From a virus (Duplodnaviria > Caudoviricetes): a stretch of DNA of 64,000 bases. This document shows, one piece after another, positions 46,853 to 57,900 of the stretch; the first letter of the stretch is position 1, and every line of letters begins with the position of its first letter. Below the pieces are notes generated by a model, which made no database searches, was not told where the DNA came from, and saw only the letters and a list, made by a program, of their open reading frames with translations. The position numbers and the translations under genes were made by a program. Location of the stretch: IMG/VR virus record IMGVR_UViG_3300020432_000004; one strand, written 5' to 3'.

Positions 46853-47056
46853 ATGACTTCACAAGATGATCGTGTATGGTGCATAGAGCAACTTATAAGG
46901 AAAGAAGGTTTCCTAGACAATCGAATGTATGAGTGTGCACAACAATGTGCTATATCTGGTAGACCTGAGACTAAGGAAGAACTATATACATCATGGGAGT
47001 TATGGAAGAGTACACATCCAGACAAAAATCCCTTCAATCAGAGAAATAAACTATGA
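46853..47056 (+). CDS. Hypothetical protein
   Basis: 67 aa; GAGG RBS. Confidence 0.7.
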   Translation: MTSQDDRVWCIEQLIRKEGFLDNRMYECAQQCAISGRPETKEELYTSWELWKSTHPDKNPFNQRNKL

Positions 47057-47214
47057 GCACAAGATTCACTACGAGGTTAGACGAAGACGATTACGGTGAC
47101 CTTATACTTACGATACCGTATGAAGTATGTGAAGAACTTGGATGGAATACTGACTCTGAACTAGTGTATGATGCAGTAGATGGTAAATTTACACTGAAAA
47201 AATTAAATGACTAA
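47053..47214 (+). CDS. AbrB/MazE-like small DNA-binding protein (not in track)
   Basis: GDLILTIPYEVCEELGWNTDSELVY...FTLKK swapped-hairpin pattern. Confidence 0.6.
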   Translation: MSTRFTTRLDEDDYGDLILTIPYEVCEELGWNTDSELVYDAVDGKFTLKKLND

Positions 47215-47242
47215 ATAGCCGTGAGGCATTTCTGAACTTACT

Positions 47243-47497
47243 ATGACATTTTTTAAAGGACAAGTAAAAAGATTCTTCACTACAGGTAAGTGGGCATTGA
47301 AGTTGATCTTCATTGTAGTGCTTGCAGAATTAACCTTTGTTGGTGGTGCACTTATTGGTCTTGCTGGTCCTCTTGATGAGAATGATAGCAATAACATCAA
47401 ACATATCTTGTCGTTAGTTGCTACAAAGTCCTTTGCATTATATGCAGCAGAGAAAGGTAATAATGATCCTTATAAGAAATTGAAAGAGGAATCGTAA
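47243..47497 (+). CDS. Small membrane protein
   Basis: Hydrophobic helix; TAAATA upstream. Confidence 0.6.
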   Translation: MTFFKGQVKRFFTTGKWALKLIFIVVLAELTFVGGALIGLAGPLDENDSNNIKHILSLVATKSFALYAAEKGNNDPYKKLKEES

Positions 47498-47522
47498 CCC
47501 TCCACCCCTCGCGATCCACATT

Positions 47523-48131
47523 ATGCCGAGAATATTTGAATTATTTCCTACTCCCCTATTTGAAAGCGGGATTACTCCGAGGGAAGAGTGGGTGCGTTTC
47601 GCTGTCGATGAACCCTATGGGCGAAGTCCCGAAGATCCGAACTCGATTTCGTGTGATAGGAACGTATTAGATCTACTGCCTGACTTAAAAGAAGAGATTA
47701 CAAACGCTTGTAAGGTATACGCACACGAGTACTTGGGTGTCATGGAGCATAATGATGTCTATATTAGTCGTTCATGGTGTGTAAAGCATAAGAAAGGTGA
47801 CTGGGCGGGTCTACATGCTCATATAAACTCGATATGGAGTGGAATATATTACCTTAAGTGTGATGATAGGAGTGGTTCTGTAGTATTTGAGAAAGGTTGG
47901 AACTATAATAATTGCTTTACTAGTACATTACAACCAGATCACTTCCAAAATCATCTAAATCAGGATGCATTTTCGTTTACTCCTGTAGATGGCACTCTAT
48001 TAATCTTCCCTTCTCAGCTTCAACACCGTGTATTACGTAGCGAAAGTGACAGTTTACGATATTGTATAGCGTTCGATGTTTTCATTTCTGGTAAAACAGG
48101 TTATAATGGTGGTAATGGTATAGAACTATGA
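47523..48131 (+). CDS. 2OG-Fe(II) oxygenase-like (TIGR02466 type)
   Basis: LFPTP...HAH.NSIWSGIYY...FPSQLQH.V...RYCIAFD. Confidence 0.88.
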   Translation: MPRIFELFPTPLFESGITPREEWVRFAVDEPYGRSPEDPNSISCDRNVLDLLPDLKEEITNACKVYAHEYLGVMEHNDVYISRSWCVKHKKGDWAGLHAHINSIWSGIYYLKCDDRSGSVVFEKGWNYNNCFTSTLQPDHFQNHLNQDAFSFTPVDGTLLIFPSQLQHRVLRSESDSLRYCIAFDVFISGKTGYNGGNGIEL

Positions 48132-48343
48132 TTAAAGAATGCTCTAAGTGTAGTGCTCGTTGGTTAGATGGTCAATTATACTGGGCTGATGGCAAGATGG
48201 GATGTCCGCATGACCTTGCAGGACTCGTTTGTAACCTTCCTGACCTTAAAGAGGAGGGTATTTGTATTAATCCATGCAAAGGATCCACAAGTGGCATGAC
48301 TTGGCAACATAGAAATATTATGCTAGACTATTGGGATATATAA
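48128..48343 (+). CDS. Cys-rich hypothetical protein
   Basis: CSKC...DLAGLVCN...CINP motif. Confidence 0.75.
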   Translation: MIKECSKCSARWLDGQLYWADGKMGCPHDLAGLVCNLPDLKEEGICINPCKGSTSGMTWQHRNIMLDYWDI

Positions 48344-48353
48344 AATAAAAACT

Positions 48354-48569
48354 ATGGTCAACTTACGAGAGAAAATTCTGAGGGCACAAATCAATTACTA
48401 TCAGGGTTTGATCTGTAAACATCAGCAGAATGTAGAAATCTACCTCAATCAACCTGTAGGTATAGGTGAGCATCCTGATGTCATGGGAGCGATTGATCAA
48501 GAGATCAATTCGATTGCTCAAAATCATGAAAAGATTGACATTATCAATCACTACTTCTTAAATGCCTAA
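48354..48569 (+). CDS. Conserved phage hypothetical protein
   Basis: NVEIYLNQPVGIGEHPD motif. Confidence 0.8.
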   Translation: MVNLREKILRAQINYYQGLICKHQQNVEIYLNQPVGIGEHPDVMGAIDQEINSIAQNHEKIDIINHYFLNA

Positions 48570-48828
48570 GTACGAACTCGAAGGAGCATATGATGAACAC
48601 TGGATGGAACAATGGAAGTTCAACCAGACTGTTAACAAAGCTTTGGAGCAGATAGTAAATAGACTCACAGAATTAGAGAAAAAGGTCTCAGAACAGCCTA
48701 CAAGTGACAAAACTTTCTATAAACCGTATGGTTATGACGATTATTTGTCATTATATGACTCTTTAGACGCTATTTTTAAGCGTTTGGACGATTTAGAGGG
48801 CAAAAAACGCACTTTTGGTAAAATTTAA
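48562..48828 (+). CDS. Hypothetical coiled-coil protein
   Basis: 88-aa coupled ORF. Confidence 0.7.
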   Translation: MPKYELEGAYDEHWMEQWKFNQTVNKALEQIVNRLTELEKKVSEQPTSDKTFYKPYGYDDYLSLYDSLDAIFKRLDDLEGKKRTFGKI

Positions 48829-48838
48829 CACTATTTTT

Positions 48839-48943
48839 ATGAAAAAACCTAAAAAAACACGTCAAGGAAGCAGTATTTGCACAAAATACGCTGCATCTTC
48901 ACGGAATGGTAAAAAGAAGAAATATCGTGGTCAAGGCAAATGA
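48839..48943 (+). CDS. Very basic 34-aa peptide (not in track)
   Basis: MKKPKKTRQGSSICTKYAASSRNGKKKKYRGQGK*; KxYRGQG ending seen in cyanomyophages. Confidence 0.65.
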   Translation: MKKPKKTRQGSSICTKYAASSRNGKKKKYRGQGK

Positions 48944-49134
48944 TGGATGAAGTTGAAGAGTCTTGGAGTGAATCTAGACTCAACAAACCGAAGAAATATC
49001 CAATGCCTTTATGGTTGACTGATGAAGAATTTGACAAAATGGTGGAGTCATTATGGATTCGTAGGAAGTCTGATACATTATGTAATGCATTATATAATAG
49101 AATGAGTGCAATAAAAGGTATACAACCTCGATAA
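48940..49134 (+). CDS. Hypothetical protein
   Basis: 64-aa coupled ORF. Confidence 0.6.
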   Translation: MMDEVEESWSESRLNKPKKYPMPLWLTDEEFDKMVESLWIRRKSDTLCNALYNRMSAIKGIQPR

Positions 49135-49159
49135 ATAATAATTAGTTAGATTATGAATC

Positions 49160-49489
49160 GTGACTTATAGAGCACTTCCTGACGGATTGTACATTTCGAC
49201 CTCACCTGTGGCAGGTCAAGGAGTATTTACTAGTAAATCTCTTCCAGTTGGCACAGAATTAGGTATGAGTCACATAATTATCGCAGATGAGATCATTAGA
49301 ACCCCTTTAGGAGGGTTTATTAACCATAGTGACACTCCAAATTGCGAGAAATTATGTCCAAGAGTCGAAAAAATGTATAATTTGACTAAAACGCACTATA
49401 AATCAATAAAGAAATATTATGTAAAGGTAATAAGACCTATTGCTGAAGGTGAAGAATTATTCTTGAGTTACACTTTCTATAAGGTATAA
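49160..49489 (+). CDS. SET-domain protein (putative protein methyltransferase)
   Basis: SPVAGQGVFT...FINHSDTPNC...I.EGEELFLSY SET signatures; ATAAATA at 49131. Confidence 0.85.
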   Translation: MTYRALPDGLYISTSPVAGQGVFTSKSLPVGTELGMSHIIIADEIIRTPLGGFINHSDTPNCEKLCPRVEKMYNLTKTHYKSIKKYYVKVIRPIAEGEELFLSYTFYKV

Positions 49490-49908
49490 TGGCAATTAAA
49501 GAGGTAAGAGGTACAAAAGACAACCTCTCTCGTGGTTTCAAAGACATAGGTGTAGGTTTTCTATTAAATGCCTTCACTAAGGATGCTGCTGTGGTAAAAA
49601 ATGAGAATGCCATTAAACAATCAATCAAAAATTTAGTACTTACACAGAAGGGGGAAAAGTTGTTCCAACCTGAGATAGGTTCTGGTGTGTATGAATTGCT
49701 CTTTGAACCAATGGATCCGTTTACAGCAGATTCTATTAGGGATGAGATAATAAATACTCTAGGACAGTATGAACCTAGAATTACTATTCAAGGTGTTAGG
49801 GTTATGCCTAACGAAGAAACTAATCAATTTGATGTAACGGTTGAGTATAGAATTGTAGGTCAACCTATTGTGGAAACAGTCAATTTCATCTTGCAGAGAC
49901 CTGAGTAA
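49489..49908 (+). CDS. gp25: Baseplate wedge subunit gp25
   Basis: AIKQSIKNLVLTQKGEKLFQPEIGS...LLFEP...YEPRI. Confidence 0.92.
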   Translation: MAIKEVRGTKDNLSRGFKDIGVGFLLNAFTKDAAVVKNENAIKQSIKNLVLTQKGEKLFQPEIGSGVYELLFEPMDPFTADSIRDEIINTLGQYEPRITIQGVRVMPNEETNQFDVTVEYRIVGQPIVETVNFILQRPE

Positions 49909-51929
49909 TGCAACCAAATAATTTAACAGCATTAGATTTTGGTGATATCAAAGCCTCAATCAAATCATATCTAAGAACTAGACCTGAGTTTACCGATTAT
50001 GACTTTGAAGGTGCTGCTCTGTCGTATCTTATAGACACTTTAGCATATAATACCTATTATACATCATTCAACGCTAATATGGCAATGAATGAGGCATTCC
50101 TACCGTCTGCTACAGTAAGAGATAACGTTGTTAATATAGCAAAACTACTAAACTATGTTCCTACCTCTATAGTTGCTTCTAGAGCGACTGTATCGTTCAC
50201 TATTCAGTGTCAACAAACAAGTGATGCATTTCCTAGTACAGTTACCTTGAAGAAAGGTTCTATATTACAGGGTGGATCATATATGTGGAATATCATGGCA
50301 GATACTACACAATCTGTCGATCCTACTACTGGAGTTGCAACATTTAGTAACATAGTTGTCAAACAAGGAACTATTCTTAACTTTTCATACACTGTTAATA
50401 CCTTCGCTTCTCAAATTTACAAGATTCCTTCAGAGAACTGTGATATTTCTACTTTATCAGTGCAAGTAAGAGCATCAGAGACATCCACAACTTCTGACTT
50501 ATATAATAGAGTAGACACTATAAGTAATCTTTCTGCTACATCTCGTGTATTCTTCATCCATGAAGGTGAGGATATGCGTTATGAGATAAAGTTTGGAGAT
50601 GATAGTATTGGTAGAGCATTAAGTGATGGTGAGGTTGTTACTCTAGAATACCTTGTTACTGACGGTGAAGTTGCTAATGATGTTAATATATTCAATTTTA
50701 TTGGTAGATTAGAAGATAGTCTAGGTAGAACTTATACTGGATCACATGTAACTATGACTTTAGATGAGAAGTCTGGTTATGGTGAGAATGCTGAATCTAT
50801 AGAATCTATCAAATATAACGCTCCGAGGTACTATTCCTCTCAATATAGAGCAGTTACTGCACAAGATTATGCAATCATCACTAAAAAAGTGTATGATAAC
50901 GCACATTCCGTAGTTGCATATGGTGGAGATTCACTAAATCCCCCAATTTACGGTAAAGTTTACATTGCTATTAAGACAAAGACAGGATCTTTGCTCAATG
51001 ATCAGACTAAAAAGAGTATTGCTGCGGATTTACGCGGTTATGCGATGGCATCTATTGATCCTGTGGTCATTGATCCCGAAAATGTATACATTTATCCGAA
51101 AGTATTCGTTCAGTATGACACAGGTTGCGGAAGTGATACATCAACTATCAAAACAAATGTATCTCAAGCAATAGAAGACTGGGCAACACAGACTGAGATT
51201 AATAACTTCAACTCTACATTTAGATCATCTCAATTTGAGAAGGCAATTACTCTAGCAGACAAGTGTGTTAGTGACGTATCACTACAAACTACAATACTAC
51301 GATACATACGACCTACTACCAATCAAACTAATACTTACACTATCTCAACTGGTTCTGCACTCTATAATAGTGCTCCATCTAAAGATGGCGGTGACGGAAG
51401 TAATCCTAAAGAACCTATTCTACTCTCTGGATCTTTTAGAACAGCAGATAGACCTGGTGTTGATCAACAATTTGAAGATGACGGATACGGAAATCTAAGA
51501 ACCTACTACAATACAGGAACAAGAAAAATTTATACTAACAATGCTGCAGGTACATGTAACTATGATACAGGTGAAATCGCTTTTGGTCCTGTATCAATTA
51601 TTGGTGCGGGTGCAAATATTGCAACAGCAGGTATAAATGTTACTAATAATACAACAGGTGCGGGTTCTGTAACTGATTCTACTCTACTTCCAGTAGATTT
51701 ACAAATTCCAGTTCAATTCATTCCTGCTAACTCAAATAGTATTCCTGCTTCTACTCCAGGCACAATTATTAACATTGTGTTGCCAGAAATAACTGTAGCA
51801 CCTGTAGGAACAGCACCACCTCCAACTATCCCACTAAATAGTTTGACACCAAGAGTTTTTGACCAAACACCATCAACTATTGAGGTATCAACAACAAGTA
51901 CAACCAACCTAACCACCGCCTCTTACTAG
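49908..51929 (+). CDS. gp6: Baseplate wedge subunit gp6
   Basis: LDFGDIKASIK...FTDYDFEG...LAYNTYY...QYRAVTAQDY...YGKVYIAIK. Confidence 0.92.
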   Translation: MQPNNLTALDFGDIKASIKSYLRTRPEFTDYDFEGAALSYLIDTLAYNTYYTSFNANMAMNEAFLPSATVRDNVVNIAKLLNYVPTSIVASRATVSFTIQCQQTSDAFPSTVTLKKGSILQGGSYMWNIMADTTQSVDPTTGVATFSNIVVKQGTILNFSYTVNTFASQIYKIPSENCDISTLSVQVRASETSTTSDLYNRVDTISNLSATSRVFFIHEGEDMRYEIKFGDDSIGRALSDGEVVTLEYLVTDGEVANDVNIFNFIGRLEDSLGRTYTGSHVTMTLDEKSGYGENAESIESIKYNAPRYYSSQYRAVTAQDYAIITKKVYDNAHSVVAYGGDSLNPPIYGKVYIAIKTKTGSLLNDQTKKSIAADLRGYAMASIDPVVIDPENVYIYPKVFVQYDTGCGSDTSTIKTNVSQAIEDWATQTEINNFNSTFRSSQFEKAITLADKCVSDVSLQTTILRYIRPTTNQTNTYTISTGSALYNSAPSKDGGDGSNPKEPILLSGSFRTADRPGVDQQFEDDGYGNLRTYYNTGTRKIYTNNAAGTCNYDTGEIAFGPVSIIGAGANIATAGINVTNNTTGAGSVTDSTLLPVDLQIPVQFIPANSNSIPASTPGTIINIVLPEITVAPVGTAPPPTIPLNSLTPRVFDQTPSTIEVSTTSTTNLTTASY

Positions 51930-51934
51930 AGTAG

Positions 51935-54900
51935 ATGACGAATATTAACAAGGTATCACAAGCGGTTGTCTCACAGACACCAGATTTCGTAGAGTCAGAT
52001 TATCCCCTCTTCAACAGATTTCTTGAGTACTATTATGCTTCTCAGGAAAAAACAGGTCTTGGTCAGAATATTTTAAACAATTTTCTAGGATATCTTGACA
52101 TTGATAAACTAGACATCAGTATTTTAGATGGTTCTACGAAAGTTAGAGAAGGAATTACTGCTACTAGTGATAAGATTGTTGTAGAGAGTGTAGATAGTTT
52201 CCTAGAGAAGAATGGAACAATATTAGTAGATAATGAAGTAATATTCTATGAGACCACCACACCTGCTCCTAACATTGCACTAACACCTGGTATTAACTAT
52301 GATCAGGTAAAATTAAAGTGGTCTGAACTAGCAAGTCCTTTAACTAGTTTTGATGGTACTACATCAAGATTCCCATTACTATCACAATCTAATCCTGTAG
52401 GACCTCCATCTGCACAACACATGATTGTAAGGGTGTATGGTGATTGGTTACTTCCTAATGTTGATTATACTGTTGATGGTGATCATATTGTATTCACTAA
52501 TCCTCCAAGAGCGAGAGTTGTAGCAGATGACGCAGCATATACTTACATTACTTACTTAAATGGTTTTACTGAGAACGATATTGTTGCTATGGACAATATC
52601 TCTGGTGCATTTGGTGAGAATAAGAGACAGTTTACTATTACACGGAACGGAGTAAGATATGAACCTACTGTAGATGAATATGTTATTGCAATCTATGATA
52701 ACAAGTTGATGATTCCTAAAATTGACTTTTTCATTGATGGTGATCAGTTTATATTCAAAGAAGCTCCATTAAACGGAAGAATACTTAATTTCTACGCTAT
52801 TGAAGCACCTATACCTTCATTTGGTAAGGATGCTGTTGGATATGCTCAAATTAGTGATGCGGGTACTCTTACTGGAATTAGTGTTAATAATTCAGGTACT
52901 CAATATAGATTCCAATATCCTCCTCAAGTTTCTATTAATTCTGAAACTGGAACAGGTGCATCTGCAACTGCTCTTGTAAATGGTGTTAAAACTCTTTCTC
53001 TATTGAATGGTGGTTTTGGATATAGTGAAACTAACCCTCCAGTAGTTCAAGTTGAATCTCCAACATTAGATGGTTCTCAGCAAGCAACTTTAAAGGCAAC
53101 TGTTACTAATGGTGCTGTATCTGGTCTTGAGGTGGTCAATTCTGGGTCAGGGTATACATTTACCCCTAGAATCACTTTCAGACAGCCAGGAGGTTGTACA
53201 CTAGGCACAGGACAGATCTTAAATGGATCTATTAGTATGGTTCCTCCAATTACCTATGGTGGTTTTGGATATACCACTGCTCCTCATGTTTATGTTGATG
53301 AACCTACAGGTGAATCACCTATTAGAGCAAATATTAAAGCACATTTAGTTGACGGTGCTGTATCACAACTTGAAATCTTAAATGCGGGACAAGGATACAC
53401 TACTACACCTAGAATAGCGATTGTTGATCCAGTTGGTGCACAAGTTTTAGAAACTGTTGTTGATACTGACGGAAGAGTTACTTCTATTGAACTTTTAGAC
53501 GGTGGTGGCGGTTATGAAGATATACCTTCCGTTTATATTGTTGATAACAGAATAGATGATAGAGGAACATTCATTGGTGGAACTGGTGCTAAAGCGGTAG
53601 CATCTATTTTCAATGGTAGAATCACTGATATTAACGTTACTGAGTTTGGAAGAGGATATAGTCAGACTACTCCTCCTATTGTTGTAATTCAAGCACCTCC
53701 CGAAGCGGAAGCATCTGCAACTATAGGTGTTAACGAGGTTACTGGTTTTAATATTAACCAAAGTGGAACAGGATATACAAAAGCACAGTTTGTTGGATGT
53801 GCTAGAGCTGCAAGTGCTATTACTGCATACACTCAGACTGGTAATGCTGTATTTACTAATGAAACTACTGCTAGTGCACATAGTATAGATGCTCCTGTTA
53901 AGTGTCTTGACGCTCTATTTGTTAAAAGATTACTTGACAAGTACACGGAACAGTTCTTACCAGATGTTCCCGCATTAGACTACAATACAATCGACGTAAG
54001 GACTGCAATCAAGACTATTAAAGACTTTTACAGTTGTAAAGGAACTTCTTATAGTATTGCATACCTTTTCAAACTTCTTTACGGTGAGCAAGTCAATATA
54101 TCATATCCTAAAGATCAAATCATTAAACCATCTGCTGCAACATGGTCTATTGATACAATTCTCCGTGCAACTATAGTAAGTGGTGATCCTGCTAATATTA
54201 GAGATGGTCTTTTAACTCAAGATGCTGATATTGCTGATGAAAACATCAGACAAGCAAGTGCACTCGTAGAAAACTTTATTTCAATTAAAACATCAGAAGT
54301 TGAGATATATGAATTAATTCTGTCAGAAGAAACTATTGATGGAACTTTTGTTGTTCCTTATAAGACAAAACTAGCAGAACCTCTTGATCAAACAGAAGGT
54401 ATTATAACTGTTGACTCTACAATCGGTTGGCCAGAAAGAAACGGTGAGTTTTTAATTGGTGGTTCATCTGATGTTGCAGAACTAATTCAATACAAGGAAA
54501 AATCACTAAACCAGTTCATTGAGTGTACTAGATCAGTAAATGGTGTAGTTGAGGACTGGGATTCTGCTACTGAAGTAAAATCTAACTTTAAAGTCTATGT
54601 TAACAAAGGAACTGCTCAAGAAGTAGTCATGAACGTTGTTGGTATCGTTGATGCTCAACAAACTACTCTTACTGACACTGGTTCTTACTACTTACCTGGT
54701 GATAAACTAGCAATTTCTAAGTTAGGTGGAACCGACATCAGTTCAGAACTTACAACTTGGTTGTATAACGTTAAAAAGTTAATTTCAGTTACTGGAATTA
54801 CATTTGGTGGTATTAATGATCAAGCTGCTACTGTAACCTGTGCAAACCCACACGGTCTACTAGTTGGAGATCAGGTTACCATCTATGGTGCTAACCCAAT

Positions 54901-57900
54901 CATCTATAATGGAACATTCTTAGTTACATCAAGAGATTCACCTACTGTATTCCAATATCAACTTCCTCAACCAGGTGGAGTTATACCTCAAGGTAATATT
55001 CTTGTTTCTATTGACCTTAATAAAGGTAAATCAGCAAGTGAACAGATTCTAACTGCTATTGGTTCGTACACCACTAACGTTCAGAATACATTCTTCAATG
55101 ATAATTACGTTTACGTTGCTTCTACAGGTATTCCTAACTATGAGATAGGTCCTTTTCCTGGTTCTGCGTTATTACCTGGCAACCAAAGAAAATTAAACAG
55201 ATTCCCAAGAACTGCTCAAACTATATCTACAAAGAACTTAATTAATCCTGGTCCTGTTGGAACTTGGGTTAATGGTGTTTCTATATGGTCATACAAGTCA
55301 GCTTTCTTCAAAACATTTGGTGCTGTAACTGATATTTCTATTACTAACGTTGGTCAAGACTATGACGCTGCATCTCCTCCTAATATTACTATTGCAGGTG
55401 GTGGAGGATCAGGTGCAACAGGTTCTGTTGTTGTTAACGGTTCTCTTAGTGAAGTAGAAGTTCTTACAGGTGGATCTGGTTATACATCCTCACCATTGGT
55501 CTCTATAGTCGGTGGAGGCGGTTCTGGTGCTGCTGCAACTGCTATTATCACTAAAGGTGTTGTTTCACGTATTCTGATCAATTCTGGAGGAACAGGATAT
55601 ACTTCACAACCTTCAATTACTATTGTTGGAGGTGGTGGAACTGGTGCAACTGCAACTGCAAACGTCAGAGGTCCTATTCAATCTATTGCTGTAACAAGTG
55701 GTGGTGCTTCATATACATCAAATCCTGATGTGACATTGAGTTCTGGATCAGGTGCTGTTGCTCAAGCAATTGTACAGAATGGTCGTATTATATCAATCGC
55801 TATTATTTCTGCAGGATCTGGTTATACAACTGCTCCTATAGTAAGTATTCAAGGTGATGGTTTTGGTGCTGTTGCAAGAGCAGGTATTGATATTGATGGA
55901 GAAAACGCAGGTAGAGTAACAAGTGTTGAGATTCTCAACAGAGGTATTGGATATATTCAAGGAACTACACTTATTAACTTGACTTCTGTTGGTCAAGGTG
56001 CATTATTTACAGCAAATGTATTCCAGTGGACATATAACTTACAAGCAACTAGTTCATTAGATACTGCAAAGGGTGGAGTATTTGAAGGATATAATAATCA
56101 GTATGGTGGTGAATATGCTCACTTATCAAACCCACAGAGACTAAGATATGTTCTTGGTGATAATTTACAAGAACCAACTGTAGGAAACGTAGTTGAACAG
56201 GCAGAACAGTTAAATCACTCTCCTATTGTTGGATGGGCATTTGATGGTAACCCAATATACGGTCCTTACGGTTATGCTGATCCTACAGATCAAGCATCTG
56301 CTATCAATAGATTAAACACTTCATATCGTCTTAAAACAGAACTCGTATATGATCCAGTTACTAATCCTTATCCTGCTAGAATTGCAGGTCCTCTACTTAA
56401 TGATGAGACAGCAGGTAACTTTGTAGAAGATTATGAGTATGTGTTTGGTTTAGGTGATCTTGATCAGTACAATGGTCGTTTCTGTAAGACACCTGAGTTT
56501 CCTGGTGGTAGATATTGTTACTTCGTTACTATTGACACTACTGAACAAGGTAATCCAGTATTCCCTTATGTTTTAGGTCCTAGTTTCAACTCAGTTGTTG
56601 ATACTTGGAACTTAAGTGATGGTGCAACACAACAGAATATTCCTACAGGTGTTGTTAGATATCGTGATCCATATGAGAACGTTGATATTGACGTTGAGAG
56701 GGCACCAAATGCCTCTACAAACGCTCTAACTACTGAAGACGGTGAATTACTCCTATTTGAGGTAGAAGACGAGAATAGGGACGCTGTGATCTCTCAGGAT
56801 GAATTAGATGATCCAGATCAAATCTTTGAAGAATCTCCTCTACAGTTATTTGATTACTTCCCTAAAGTTAAGTTTGACTCTAAGGTTGATATTGAAGTTG
56901 AGACAATTACTAAGTTTGAGGATGCTTCTGTAACTGGATTTACAGTAGAGAATCCTGGTGCATCTTATCAGGTTAATGACCGTTTAGTATTTGATAACAC
57001 AGATACTGATGGTACAGGTGTTTCTGCACGTGTTTCACATATTCAAGGTGAACCAGTATCTACATATGGTTTTGAGAGTATTGGTGGTCTCAACTATGGT
57101 GTTTTAAAAACTCAAAATCCACACAATTTGACAGTAGGAGATAATGTTGTAGTTGACTACACACCTATAATGAACAACACTAACAAAACTTTTGTTGTTA
57201 AACAGATTAAAGGTGTTGAAGAGATTGTTATTGATCAGCAGGGTTCTGGATATAATAGCGAATTACCTCCTACAATAATTCTTGATGGAGATGGAACTGG
57301 TGCTGCATTAGAAGCGGTTGTATCTTCTGTAGGATCTATTTCTTCAGTTAATGTAACTAACTCTGGTCAAAATTATACTACAAACCCAAGAGTTATACTA
57401 TCACACCCACAAATATACAAAAAAGCAGATTATTATATTTCTAAGATTGAAAGTAATGATTATGTTAAGGTTAATGATGTATTTGTAAATGATGCTAAGG
57501 AAATATACATTTGTGGTAAAACAAAAGATTCTTTTGGATATACTATAGCATTTGTATCAAAACTATCTGCTACTGGTGTTAAAGACTGGGAAAAGACAAT
57601 TAAGAGTACTGATGGTCAACAAGAAGTAGAATTTGAGAGAATATTAGTAGACGGTATGGATGTTTATTGTGTTGGTCATAATAGACCTAACTCAAACATT
57701 CTAGAAGCATATAACCCTGATGTTGTTCTTTGCAAGTATACACAGGCAGCTAACGGATTAAGTGCTAGTTTACAGTATCAGAAAGCGTATGCAGGTATAT
57801 CTGGTTCTACTCGTTCTGATAATGTTAGTGCTATTGCAAAATATTCAGATACTAGATTTGTTATTGGTGGACATACTAATACAAACTCTGGTAATCCATT

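Noticed and set aside
45913-46853. tRNA or other known RNA genes in the intergenic gaps
   Set aside because: No cloverleaf, T-loop (GTTCRA) or CCA pattern recognised by eye; tRNAscan/Infernal not run
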